A program made the position numbers and the translations under genes. From positions 1 to 61,120 of IMG/VR virus record IMGVR_UViG_3300048856_000042: 61,120 bases of DNA; one strand, given 5' to 3'. This DNA is from a virus. Its lineage: Duplodnaviria; Caudoviricetes. The notes below the pieces were generated by a model that worked only from the letters and a program-made list of their open reading frames with translations, did no database searches and had not been told where the DNA came from. Below, one piece after another: positions 8,853 through 17,889 of this stretch. How positions within the stretch are numbered: the stretch's first letter is position 1; each line of letters starts with the position of its first letter.

Positions 8853-8983
8853 CAATGCGAGGAATCAGCCACTCGCAGAAGACCTGGTGAGTGAGAGCCG
8901 CACTTGAGGCGGACTTGGTCGAACTCGACAACGCGATCCGGACTGTCGCACCAGGCACTAAACCCGAACAAAGGAGTACTCAA

Positions 8984-9223
8984 ATGGCGAAGATTGAATT
9001 GACGCTCAAGATCAATGGAGTCGATCAGGATATGCCGGCATTGGGAGACGCCCCTCTTGATCTTCAACGAGTGGGCGATATCTCAAGTGCTGTTACTCTC
9101 TCTCTCATGGCGGCACTGAATGAGGAACAGGCCGAAGCGATGGCTGCGTCCGAAGCAGCAGAAATCGAAGCCGCCCGCGTAGAGGCGGAAACGATCAACG
9201 CCCAGCATGAGGAGACAGAGTAA
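8984..9223 (+). CDS. hypothetical protein
   Basis: AAGGAG RBS before MAKIEL. Confidence 0.7.
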   Translation: MAKIELTLKINGVDQDMPALGDAPLDLQRVGDISSAVTLSLMAALNEEQAEAMAASEAAEIEAARVEAETINAQHEETE

Positions 9224-9426
9224 TGGAAAAGACAACTATGGCCGCTGCCATGACTGGGCTCATCGCGACTGCAGCTGTGCTCGGAATGGTCATCATCGGT
9301 ACCAACGCTGCTCAGGTTGAAGGCACCAAACAGTTGACTTCCTGCGTCGAGGCGGGTGGCTCTTATCTGGTGAATGATGGTAACCCACTCTGCATCATGC
9401 CTGGTCAGGATCTTCCTGAGAGGTGA
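9223..9426 (+). CDS. small membrane/secreted protein
   Basis: Hydrophobic N-terminal helix, CVEAGG...C motif. Confidence 0.7.
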   Translation: MEKTTMAAAMTGLIATAAVLGMVIIGTNAAQVEGTKQLTSCVEAGGSYLVNDGNPLCIMPGQDLPER

Positions 9427-9623
9427 AAATCACCGTCCATTGTGGTCACTGCTCGGGTACTTTCGACTTTGAACACCCAGCAGTAACTCACGCAGCTCAA
9501 CTCAAAAACTTCGGAATCTCTTGCGCTTGGTGTGGAATTCTTCTAAAAATGCCCACCAATGAGATACATATGATCCCTGATCAATTACCCGAGAACGTAA
9601 CTAGGTTGCCTCGACGCGCTTGA
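9423..9623 (+). CDS. small Zn-ribbon protein
   Basis: CGHC...CAWC. Confidence 0.65.
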   Translation: MKITVHCGHCSGTFDFEHPAVTHAAQLKNFGISCAWCGILLKMPTNEIHMIPDQLPENVTRLPRRA

Positions 9624-9769
9624 TTTCCACACCAGAGAGCCCCGGCCTCAATTGGTTTCGGGGCATTTTGGCGTTCGCTTTGATCAATCGACGATCGCGC
9701 GATGATTGAGGGCATTCCCTAAAGGCTCTGGAGAAGGGTCTGCATTTCCGCAATCATCATTGCGAGTCA

Positions 9770-10057
9770 TCATCGAGCGCGCGATTTGCGAGACTTTTGG
9801 GATTGACTCGCGGTCTTCGAATCGCTCAGCTGCCCGGCTTTCTCGCGCCTCTTGAACTCGTTGTATGCATCGATCATGTCATCCGTGCGATTCTGTTCTG
9901 AAGTGCGCAGATAATCAGACGCGAGTGAGCGAAGGTTGCTCTCGGTCAAACTTCGAGCCCATACGTCACACATATGGTCATATTCACCCGGGCTTAGTTC
10001 GGTGCGGTCAGCCATGACATGGGGGTAAGTCGAAGGTCGGCCGACTGGTCGATTCAC
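9770..10057 (-). CDS. hypothetical protein
   Basis: Coupled to the VRR-NUC stop; GRPS motif. Confidence 0.6.
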   Translation of the reverse strand: MNRPVGRPSTYPHVMADRTELSPGEYDHMCDVWARSLTESNLRSLASDYLRTSEQNRTDDMIDAYNEFKRREKAGQLSDSKTASQSQKSRKSRAR

Positions 10058-10371
10058 TGGTCTCTCACTCTGTTCTCATCGATGGTTTCTTGGATCGTCC
10101 TGAGGGCTTCGTCTGGGGAGCAGACCACGGTTGCTTTGCCCCCTGCATCATTGATCAACCCATGCACATAATCCTGGCGAGCTGAGGTATTGCTACGAGT
10201 CGCAGGGAGCTTAACTTCAAGGCCGATGAAAAGGCCCTCAGCGCATACGATCAAGTCGGGCAGTCCAGCCATCATAAATTCGGAACCATGAACCTTGAAA
10301 ACGAAATAACCCTGGGCTTTGATTGCATCCTGGATCTTTCGCTGAAGCCTTGATTCTGGTTGAGTGGACAT
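10054..10371 (-). CDS. VRR-NUC domain nuclease
   Basis: ESRLQRKI...GLPDLI...GLEVKLP...Q...G PD-(D/E)XK pattern. Confidence 0.85.
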   Translation of the reverse strand: MSTQPESRLQRKIQDAIKAQGYFVFKVHGSEFMMAGLPDLIVCAEGLFIGLEVKLPATRSNTSARQDYVHGLINDAGGKATVVCSPDEALRTIQETIDENRVRDQ

Positions 10372-10423
10372 ACCTGTATCCTATCAATGCTGAGTTTCAT
10401 GGGGCAAGGACGTCAAACACCAA

Positions 10424-10480
10424 GTACCCCCGATCGTGGGGAGGCTCAAGCCTTGGGGAGAGGCGAGCGATCGGGGGTAC
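10424..10480. repeat. 13-bp perfect inverted repeat downstream of the SSB gene
   Basis: GTACCCCCGATCG (10424-10436) / CGATCGGGGGTAC (10468-10480). Confidence 0.8.
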
Positions 10481-10522
10481 CTGGGGGAACTCAGTAAGGG
10501 GGACTAGGCCTCACTGAGTGGT

Positions 10523-11359
10523 TCAGAGCGAATCGATATCGAGCTCGTCGATGTCGTCGTCTGCAACCTTCTTCTGTGCTGCCTTGCGAGCAGCAGTGCG
10601 AGTCGGCTTGGGAGCGGGCTCTTCCTCAGCCTCGTCCTCATCCTCAGCATCACCGGCGAGCAGACCCTGGAGAACTTCCCTCAGGTCATCATCGGAGTGA
10701 GACTTACGGACCTGGAAGTCAGCCTGAATCGCCCGAATGCGATCCTTGAGCTCGGCGCGAGTCAGAGCAGCGAGGTCCTCAGTCGAGTCCTCCTCCTCAT
10801 CCTCAGCTTCGTCCTCGGCTTCTTCAGCCTCGTCCTCAGCCTCGTCTTCGTCCTCGTCATCCGAGGGGGTGAATCGGGGACCCGACTCCTCCTCTTCATC
10901 CTCATCGTCCTCGTCGTCGATGTCAGCGTCATCCGTGGTGAGCTGGTCATCGTCATTGAGCTCGGCAGCCGGGAAGACTGCGACGATCTCGGACTGCTCC
11001 TTGTCCTTATAGTCCTCAGCATCCTCGACCGTGACGCCGATGACCTTGCCGACGAGCTGGTTCGGGTCGAGCTTCAGCTTCTTCTTCGGCACTGTCTTGC
11101 CGGCGGCGATGGCGAGGTTGCGCACCTTCCAGAGCATGTTCTCTTCGAGGATGCACTGGTAGCGGAAGACCGACTGCGATCGCGACTTGATCTTGATGCT
11201 GAAGAGCCAGGAATCCTTCTTCGTCTTGTTGGTGACAGCGTCCTCGACCTTGGTGATGATCGCCGCATAGTCGCCCGCCGGGATGCGAGACTGATTGAAC
11301 TGCCCGCCGTCCTTGACGTTGCTCATATCGAGGGTGCGAGCGGTTGCCCGAGTTGCCAT
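10523..11359 (-). CDS. single-stranded DNA-binding protein (DUF669-like) with long acidic tail
   Basis: IPAGDYAAIITKVE...LVGKVIGVTV pattern; follows the AAA ATPase; D/E-rich C-terminus. Confidence 0.7.
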   Translation of the reverse strand: MATRATARTLDMSNVKDGGQFNQSRIPAGDYAAIITKVEDAVTNKTKKDSWLFSIKIKSRSQSVFRYQCILEENMLWKVRNLAIAAGKTVPKKKLKLDPNQLVGKVIGVTVEDAEDYKDKEQSEIVAVFPAAELNDDDQLTTDDADIDDEDDEDEEEESGPRFTPSDDEDEDEAEDEAEEAEDEAEDEEEDSTEDLAALTRAELKDRIRAIQADFQVRKSHSDDDLREVLQGLLAGDAEDEDEAEEEPAPKPTRTAARKAAQKKVADDDIDELDIDSL

Positions 11360-11378
11360 TTGATTTCTCCTTGGTTGG

Positions 11379-11393
11379 GTGATCTAAGATCAC
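11379..11393. promoter_or_regulatory. palindromic operator-like site upstream of SSB
   Basis: GTGATCT-A-AGATCAC next to the extended -10 TGATAAAGT; degenerate second copy at 11412-11426. Confidence 0.5.
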
Positions 11394-11438
11394 TTTATCA
11401 TGCTAGGTGTGGAGATCTAAGGTCCCCAAACCCTGTTT

Positions 11439-12236
11439 TTACTTGGTTCTTGCGGTAGCAGGCTTCGGCACAGTCGCCTTACCCGTACGAATCAGCCTTG
11501 TGAGCCGAGGTGCAGTGGGGTTGCTCAGGTATGGCGGGAGCACATGGTCGGATCGATAACCCGTATCATACTTCAGTGACTCACCAATCCAGAGTCGACG
11601 CTCGTACTTATCCTGGTCGTTCTTGACGACATAGATACGACCGATGACATCCACGATTGAATTGACATACCCTCGGACACCCTTGGGCAGATCGGGGATG
11701 AAGAGTGCGTCTGCCTCTTCCGAATCTTCATCTTCCTCAGAATCGAAATTCTCAGCCATTCGTTCCTGAGCTGTAAAGATAACACCCATCGGCAGGTTAT
11801 GGAACCGAGTCAGGAGATCTTTCATCAGTTCTCCAGACTTACCATAGTCCTTGAGCTGGACCATACCAGGGATGCGGTCGAGTGACTTCTCCTCCTGAAG
11901 CTTCATCACGTACTTCAGCGCCATGTTGGCATAGCGAGTCAGTCCGTCTACTGATACCCACTTGTATGGGTGGTCAGCATACTTCAGATAGTTGAAGCAG
12001 TCATCCAGGTCTTCCCATCGCGTGATCTTCCACACGTGAGGGTTGGAGGTACGCATTTCATCAGTGCCATCCTCAGGATCGAGAACCAGCGTCTGATTGA
12101 TACCGCCTGAAAGACCGAAGGTCGACTTACCCTTTTTGTTTCGACCATAGATCAAAAACTTGGGATAACGAGTGGCATCAGCCGGCCGACTAATATGCTT
12201 AGCGGCCAGAGCAGCGTAATCGATCTTGCCTGCCAT
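11439..12236 (-). CDS. AAA ATPase (AAA_24/Sak4-like recombination protein)
   Basis: LIYGRNKKGKST Walker A, VSVDGLT, VIFTAQE, VDVIGRI. Confidence 0.85.
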   Translation of the reverse strand: MAGKIDYAALAAKHISRPADATRYPKFLIYGRNKKGKSTFGLSGGINQTLVLDPEDGTDEMRTSNPHVWKITRWEDLDDCFNYLKYADHPYKWVSVDGLTRYANMALKYVMKLQEEKSLDRIPGMVQLKDYGKSGELMKDLLTRFHNLPMGVIFTAQERMAENFDSEEDEDSEEADALFIPDLPKGVRGYVNSIVDVIGRIYVVKNDQDKYERRLWIGESLKYDTGYRSDHVLPPYLSNPTAPRLTRLIRTGKATVPKPATARTK

Positions 12237-12526
12237 CAGAGCTGCACCCGCCGATGAATGTTTTCGAGACTACTGACGAGCATGTTCAGTCTGTTATACT
12301 GAAGCATCATCTGTGTCTGGAGGGGAGCTAGCTGGGAACCTACAGCGGGCTCGCTATCACGTTCGGTGTTCGTGGGCTCCTGAAGCAGAATGGGGGAGAG
12401 CACCTCTTCGAGTGCAACGATCCGATCCTTGAGAATCTCGATCAACTTGTCCTGCTGATCCAATTGATCCCGGAGCAGAACTCGCCCTTCTTCCTTAATG
12501 GTGGGACTTTTCATAGCACTGTTCAT
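12236..12526 (-). CDS. hypothetical coiled-coil protein
   Basis: Coupled ORF within the operon. Confidence 0.65.
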   Translation of the reverse strand: MNSAMKSPTIKEEGRVLLRDQLDQQDKLIEILKDRIVALEEVLSPILLQEPTNTERDSEPAVGSQLAPLQTQMMLQYNRLNMLVSSLENIHRRVQL

Positions 12527-13632
12527 CATGCTTTCCTTTCATCTTCGCCTGCGCGATCCTGGTAGTAATCGTTGGGATCACCGACCGTGTAATTCAGTCG
12601 GATGAGTTGTTTCACATTGCCTCCCATAACATGAGCGACGTGAAGGTCTTCGTAATCCTCGAAGAAGCCTCGCTGCTGAGGATCAGCCATCTCGATGGAG
12701 TTGATGTCGTCGAAGTCATAGTTCTGCATCCGCAGCGCCGTACGATAGTTCATCATCATCACACGGTCGAGCATGCTGTCACTCTTCTCGAGGATATCTC
12801 GTCGGAAGAATTCAGAAGTCTGAGGCTTACCCACCTCATACTGATGACCCCTGAGATAGAGAGCCTTGTCCCGATCCTTGGGTCGAACCTTGAATGTCTC
12901 AGCGTAGTCGCGCTTGTATCGCTTCAGTGCCCTGACATAGGTCGGATAGTCAGTGTCACAGGCAGCATCACTGAGGCGCGAATTGCCACTGACAATCTTG
13001 GGAACCGAGGCCGGCTTCCATCTCAGATAGTTCCAGATGAAGCCTTGTACCGGGAGCCCATTTTCCCTCGCGGCCCAGAGGTACAAAGCACTCTGAGAGT
13101 CACGAAGTCGGAACTGCAAATCGGGCAGTGATCGGTGCGTTTTGTGGTCGACGAGCCAGAGTCCGTACTCGTTTTCGATGAGGGCGTCAACCTTGCCACG
13201 ATATAGGGTGCCATCGGGAAACTCCGCTTCTAGAGTGAATTCATTGGCGATGTATTTCCAGGGATCGTTGGCATAGTGCCAAGCGTAGGACTCCATGATT
13301 CGCTCGATCTCTGTCGGCATGTCACCATAGTAGTCCTTCTCTTCATCGAAGAGCTCATCGAACTGACGGCTGAAGTGCTTATGCAGCCTGCGCCAGTCTT
13401 CGCCATTACCCTGGGCCTCAAGAAGGGTGTGGACCCAAGTTCCTCGCTTGAGAGGTTTCTTCAGCATACGAGGTTTGAGTCTCAAGATATACTTGAAGTA
13501 GGCGCACATCTCGCACCGGCGGAAGGTCTTGAGCATGGAGTGGGTGATGATTCGCTTCTCCAGCTCATCATCGTAGTAAAGACCCCGATGGTCAGACGTC
13601 ATCAGCGACTCGAGCCGCGCAAGCTCAGTCAT
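12526..13632 (-). CDS. PD-(D/E)XK RecB/Cas4-like exonuclease
   Basis: THSMLKTFRRC, RGTWVHTLLE, RGKVDAL, LVDHKT, QSALY. Confidence 0.85.
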   Translation of the reverse strand: MTELARLESLMTSDHRGLYYDDELEKRIITHSMLKTFRRCEMCAYFKYILRLKPRMLKKPLKRGTWVHTLLEAQGNGEDWRRLHKHFSRQFDELFDEEKDYYGDMPTEIERIMESYAWHYANDPWKYIANEFTLEAEFPDGTLYRGKVDALIENEYGLWLVDHKTHRSLPDLQFRLRDSQSALYLWAARENGLPVQGFIWNYLRWKPASVPKIVSGNSRLSDAACDTDYPTYVRALKRYKRDYAETFKVRPKDRDKALYLRGHQYEVGKPQTSEFFRRDILEKSDSMLDRVMMMNYRTALRMQNYDFDDINSIEMADPQQRGFFEDYEDLHVAHVMGGNVKQLIRLNYTVGDPNDYYQDRAGEDERKA

Positions 13633-13876
13633 TGGGGTCCAGTTTCTCCCAAGCTTCCTTGCATTCGGGGCAGACCGGGAAGCGCTTCGCATCTTTCGTA
13701 GGGTACCAGGTCTTTCCACACAACGCGGTGACCGAGCCGCCAGTCAGCATGACATTGCCCCATTCTCTTTTTGAGACATAGTGAGAGAAGGTATCATGAT
13801 CGCCTGGCTCAGCAGGCTCAACGACTTCGTCGAGTTTAACGTCTTCGAGGACAGAGGAATCAGCCAATGTGATCAA
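13625..13876 (-). CDS. DUF3039-like small Zn-binding protein
   Basis: GDHDTFSHYV...GGSVTALCGKTWYP...FPVCPECKE matches the actinobacterial DUF3039 pattern as recalled. Confidence 0.75.
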   Translation of the reverse strand: MITLADSSVLEDVKLDEVVEPAEPGDHDTFSHYVSKREWGNVMLTGGSVTALCGKTWYPTKDAKRFPVCPECKEAWEKLDPND

Positions 13877-13946
13877 CCCTTTGTTTCAGTAAGTAGTTGA
13901 GTCTATCATACCACTACTGAGTCAGGGCTCGCAACCCTCTGATACC

Positions 13947-14129
13947 TTACGACTTCGGTGTATATTCTTTCTCCGAAGTCAGATGATAGTGAGATCCGAA
14001 GTTGCATTCGTAGTAACGAACCTCGCCCTTGTCCTTGCGCATTCTAACCGCAAGGGCGATCTTGGCGGCAAGTTCATCTGGGAATGATACCTTGCGTGCT
14101 CGACGGCAATATTCAACTCGCTTACCCAT
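13947..14129 (-). CDS. small Zn-finger-like protein
   Basis: C...K.SF...A...RYYECNFGSHYHLTS pattern. Confidence 0.65.
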   Translation of the reverse strand: MGKRVEYCRRARKVSFPDELAAKIALAVRMRKDKGEVRYYECNFGSHYHLTSEKEYTPKS

Positions 14130-14401
14130 CAGACGTTCACCCGCCCTGCGAGTTCAGTCTTGGTCGTCTTGAGAATCGCCTTGGTCGTACCTGAGAAACC
14201 TTGTGAAAGATACTGCACCAGTACCCAACCTCGGCTGAGCAGTTCATCAACATCTTGAAGATAAACCTCGATGGTGAAGGTCTCGGTAGTGGCATACTTC
14301 AGCCACTCCCTTTCACGAATGTCAAAATACTTCTGACGCTTCTTCTCGCGCTTATCAAGCTGGCGCTGATTCCAGTCGCGCAGCGAATGCTTCCCCATCA
14401 C
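14129..14401 (-). CDS. hypothetical protein
   Basis: GGAGG RBS, coupled. Confidence 0.65.
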   Translation of the reverse strand: MMGKHSLRDWNQRQLDKREKKRQKYFDIREREWLKYATTETFTIEVYLQDVDELLSRGWVLVQYLSQGFSGTTKAILKTTKTELAGRVNV

Positions 14402-14574
14402 TTCACCTCCGAGAGCTTAGTCCGAAGCTGGAAGTTGGGCAGACAGTGTGACTTCAGGTGCTCGTCGCAAACATATGCCCAAGGTCCCGTATAGGTCTTA
14501 GCATCGTGAGTTGCATCTCGATCCACTGGGGGGTTCTGCAGGGCGCAAATGTTGCACTTGCGGTGAATAGCCAT
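14398..14574 (-). CDS. small Cys/His protein (58 aa)
   Basis: MAIHRKCNIC...GPWAYVCDEH; AAGGAG RBS. Confidence 0.65.
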   Translation of the reverse strand: MAIHRKCNICALQNPPVDRDATHDAKTYTGPWAYVCDEHLKSHCLPNFQLRTKLSEVK

Positions 14575-14646
14575 TGTATCATCTCCTTTGTATCATATCG
14601 AGCGATTTGATCGATATAAGCATTTTATCGCCTAAGCAATGCCTTA

Positions 14647-14820
14647 TCAACTGGCAAGGGACTTCTTGCACTTTATGCAGAGAATCTCCTTGATTTCAGT
14701 TCTCATGTATGCGCGTGACCATCCTGAGATATCCAACCCGCATGAGGTCTTGTTGTGATCGGGGGTGAAATGCTGCAGAGACGGGCGTTTGCTCATCGTG
14801 CGGGCAACTACATAGGGCAT
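14647..14820 (-). CDS. small Zn-finger protein (57 aa)
   Basis: MPYVVART...H...TSCG...CIKCKK; AAGGAGG RBS. Confidence 0.65.
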   Translation of the reverse strand: MPYVVARTMSKRPSLQHFTPDHNKTSCGLDISGWSRAYMRTEIKEILCIKCKKSLAS

Positions 14821-14853
14821 TTAATTACCTCCTTATGAGGCAATCATATTGAC

Positions 14854-15216
14854 CTAGTTATCCCGAGTCAAACCCTTGTGACGCAATGCAAGAGCCGCCG
14901 CCTTCATCTCTTTGTACTTGCGAATCTCAGCATTGATTTCACGCTTGGTATCATTGGTCAACCAGGGCCACACCTCAGCCAGGAAGCCTCGCACAGCAGC
15001 ATAGCCGCTTAGGAGGAATGCCTTATCATCCTGTAGCCGCTCGCCATTATTCGCTGCGCTCATCATGCGCGCGTGTGCATCAAAGCGATTACAGACTACT
15101 ACAAGGCTCAATGCGGCATACGTGCGAGTCGGCCCCTGCTCAACGCTCGCAATGACTCGGCCAGAAGCATCGATCATGCCGGCGGCCCAGATGAGGCGGT
15201 TCTTCTCATTTACCAT
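14854..15216 (-). CDS. LAGLIDADG-like domain protein
   Basis: LIWAAGMIDASGRV helix; leaderless start downstream of TGATATAAT. Confidence 0.55.
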   Translation of the reverse strand: MVNEKNRLIWAAGMIDASGRVIASVEQGPTRTYAALSLVVVCNRFDAHARMMSAANNGERLQDDKAFLLSGYAAVRGFLAEVWPWLTNDTKREINAEIRKYKEMKAAALALRHKGLTRDN

Positions 15217-15228
15217 GTCATCATTATA

Positions 15229-17889
15229 TCATGCCGCGATACCAGAGATGTTGGGGTCAAACTTGCGTGCCTCAGCAATCTCAAGTACCTTGTTGTTCAC
15301 GAACCCATCATCGTAAACCTGCTCATCCGTGAGCTCAAGCTTGTTACCCCACCATGCGCCGAGCGCAACATCGGCAACAATCGGGATATCAACAACAGTG
15401 CCAAACTTCTTGTAAATGTAGTCCATGTCTTCCATGCACTTCTTGATGATGGGGATAACTCGCGAGACATAGTCGTTGCGAATCTCAAAGTTGATAGCAT
15501 CGTGCACGAGGCCAAGGCAGTGGGCGTACTGATCCCAGCCCTTGTTACGAAGGATCTTGTTAATGCGAATCATGGCGATAACGGCGAGGTCACTACCGAA
15601 GCCCTGCACTGGTGAGTTGATCGCCTGACGTTCGGCTTCAGCTCGGACCCCCTGATCAGGCGAGTAGATATCAGGTAGATGACGAACGCGACCCAGAGGG
15701 CTAACCACTCGACCATACTTGTGAACGAGGCGTCGTTGCTTCGCATGCCAAGGCAAAAGCTTGGGGTAGAGATCGAAGTAGGCGATTCGTGCGCCCTGTG
15801 CCTCCTGCTCGGTGAAGATAGAGCCATAGCTGTTGAAGGCGGTTTCGATAAACTTTCGCCAACCCATGCCATAGAGGAAACCAAAGTTGACTGGCTTGCC
15901 AACCTCTTTACGAATCTTGCTGGTAACCTGAGACTCAGGCAGGCCAGTGACTCGTGCTGCGGTTGATCGATGAATATCCCCCCCGATAGAGTAGATATGC
16001 TTCATCGTGGTTTCGTCGGCGAGATAGGCCCCGATCCTCAGCTCGATCTGAGAAAAATCCGCCTCGACGAACGTCCAACCTGGAGGTGCACCAAAGAGCC
16101 CCCGGATGAAAGGGTCACGAGGTACTTGTTGTAGGTTGACACCTCGAAGTTTACCCCGAGAACCCGATATCTTATCTGCGTCAGCCTTACCACTCGAAAG
16201 ACGCCCGGTGACAGTCCCGGCAAGCTTAAAGTTTGTATGGATTCTATGGTCTTCATCATATAGCTCGTTGTATGGGTTGAAGAATGCTGCCATCTGCTTC
16301 TGCTTGGTAACTCGCTCGAGCATCTGATCGACAGCTGGGTGTGGATAATCCTGTTGAATGTGCTTTAGTACATCTTCAGCCATACTAGGATCACCGGGTG
16401 AACCATCAGGCTTGGGCTTACCTCGCTCAAGCACTGGTAGTTCGAGCCAATCGAAAAGCATCCACTTAGCGAATCGACTCGCGTTGAAATTGACGGCAAG
16501 AGGCAGCTCTCGCTTGCCCTTGATCTGAGTAGGCCACTCGGGATGACCCGGCCATACCCATTGATCAATACTCTTAGGTCGATTATCGTTAGGGGTACTC
16601 CAAGCCATCAGATCCCTAGCTTGTTCCTCGCTTTCAGCGATACCGGCTGCCTCCTTGATCCGCTGATCAACCTCGGCGAGTCGCTGCTGAGCAATAGGAG
16701 TGCGCTTCTTCAATCGATCGACATCGATCCAGGCACCCCTAAGCTCGGAATCGATCAGGTCGCGTTGTGCCGGCATAGTCTCAAGGTCGAAGATGCGTCT
16801 GATACGAAGGTCTTCCTCGAGCTCAACCTCAAGCTGCTTCTTTATCCAGTAGGTATACCAAGTATCAAGTACGTTGTAATGCAGCACCTCAGCAATGGGG
16901 TACTTAGTCAAGTCGCCGGTGTCGATACCCCAGGGCTCAACACCAAGACGAGCCATAGCCTGAGGCTTAAGACCCTTTTGTACGTTCTCATTGAGCAATG
17001 CAATGGCGAGCATGGTATCGAAGGTGGGATAAAGTTTGCAGCCGAACCAGATCAACCATTTGCAGTCGAACGAGCTATTGTGAGCGATGACCTCACGAAT
17101 GTTTTGGATGTACTTACCTAACAGCTCGACAATGCGCTGCCAGTTACCCCGCCAGGGTGATTGAGGGTGCCAAAGGGGCAAAGCCCAGACCACTCGCTTT
17201 TTCGTGCCGAAGGAATCGATCACGATGCATGTTGCGGCGACCGAGACCATCCTCCCAGCGTCCATATAGTACTCGCCACCAGGCGCATACGTCTCGATAT
17301 CGATGGAGATTTCATCGGTCATCGAAAGGATCTTGAATAGCTTCTTGAGTTTATCCTTGTCATCTACGACTAGATAATCAGGTTGGGGGAAGGTATCAAC
17401 TAAGTCTTTGGTGCGGTTGACGAAGAGCCGCAGGTCGGCAAGATAACCTGGCTTCTGCCCCGGATTGCGGTTGATCGCAGAAGGCGAGAGCGTGCCCATC
17501 GCAACTGCTGTGCCTCCGAGAACGTCAAATGGTTTCCCACGGTATTTGGTAATACCGCTCTTACCCGTGACGGCTTGAAGGGCTTCATTACCCAAGCAGA
17601 GGATGAATTTTCGAGGATGTTCCTCAAGCTCTGGAATGAGATAGGCGGCGGCATGTTCCTTAAGCTGCTTAGTTGTGAGGCTGACATCAAACTCTCGACA
17701 CTTGATGACGGGGGTGAATAGGACTTTCGAGACATCAAGACCCATCTCCTTCAGCTCAAGGTCAAGTGCATCTTGGAATCGACCTGATGACTTACGATTG
17801 GTGATAACTACAATCTCGGCATCGAGAGGTCCAATCGAGAAACTGCTGTAATCATGTGATCCGCAGAGTTCGCAAATCTCGGCTACCAA
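15229..17889 (-). CDS. polA: family A DNA polymerase with N-terminal degenerate family-4 UDG-like domain and 3'-5' exonuclease
   Basis: Exo DIET, HNSSFD, YNVLD; Pol TGRLSS, NLQQVP, ADFSQIELR, KPVNFGFLYG, VHDAI; N-terminal VIKCR...ILCLGNEA...TLSPS UDG-like pattern. Confidence 0.93.
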   Translation of the reverse strand: MVAEICELCGSHDYSSFSIGPLDAEIVVITNRKSSGRFQDALDLELKEMGLDVSKVLFTPVIKCREFDVSLTTKQLKEHAAAYLIPELEEHPRKFILCLGNEALQAVTGKSGITKYRGKPFDVLGGTAVAMGTLSPSAINRNPGQKPGYLADLRLFVNRTKDLVDTFPQPDYLVVDDKDKLKKLFKILSMTDEISIDIETYAPGGEYYMDAGRMVSVAATCIVIDSFGTKKRVVWALPLWHPQSPWRGNWQRIVELLGKYIQNIREVIAHNSSFDCKWLIWFGCKLYPTFDTMLAIALLNENVQKGLKPQAMARLGVEPWGIDTGDLTKYPIAEVLHYNVLDTWYTYWIKKQLEVELEEDLRIRRIFDLETMPAQRDLIDSELRGAWIDVDRLKKRTPIAQQRLAEVDQRIKEAAGIAESEEQARDLMAWSTPNDNRPKSIDQWVWPGHPEWPTQIKGKRELPLAVNFNASRFAKWMLFDWLELPVLERGKPKPDGSPGDPSMAEDVLKHIQQDYPHPAVDQMLERVTKQKQMAAFFNPYNELYDEDHRIHTNFKLAGTVTGRLSSGKADADKISGSRGKLRGVNLQQVPRDPFIRGLFGAPPGWTFVEADFSQIELRIGAYLADETTMKHIYSIGGDIHRSTAARVTGLPESQVTSKIRKEVGKPVNFGFLYGMGWRKFIETAFNSYGSIFTEQEAQGARIAYFDLYPKLLPWHAKQRRLVHKYGRVVSPLGRVRHLPDIYSPDQGVRAEAERQAINSPVQGFGSDLAVIAMIRINKILRNKGWDQYAHCLGLVHDAINFEIRNDYVSRVIPIIKKCMEDMDYIYKKFGTVVDIPIVADVALGAWWGNKLELTDEQVYDDGFVNNKVLEIAEARKFDPNISGIAA

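Noticed and set aside
12526-13632. Cas4-like gene as evidence of a CRISPR system
   Set aside because: No array or other cas genes; ordinary phage exonuclease in a recombination module
16500-16660. Possible intein or intron in PolA
   Set aside because: Short in-frame insertion without intein terminal motifs; total length fits UDG + exo + pol
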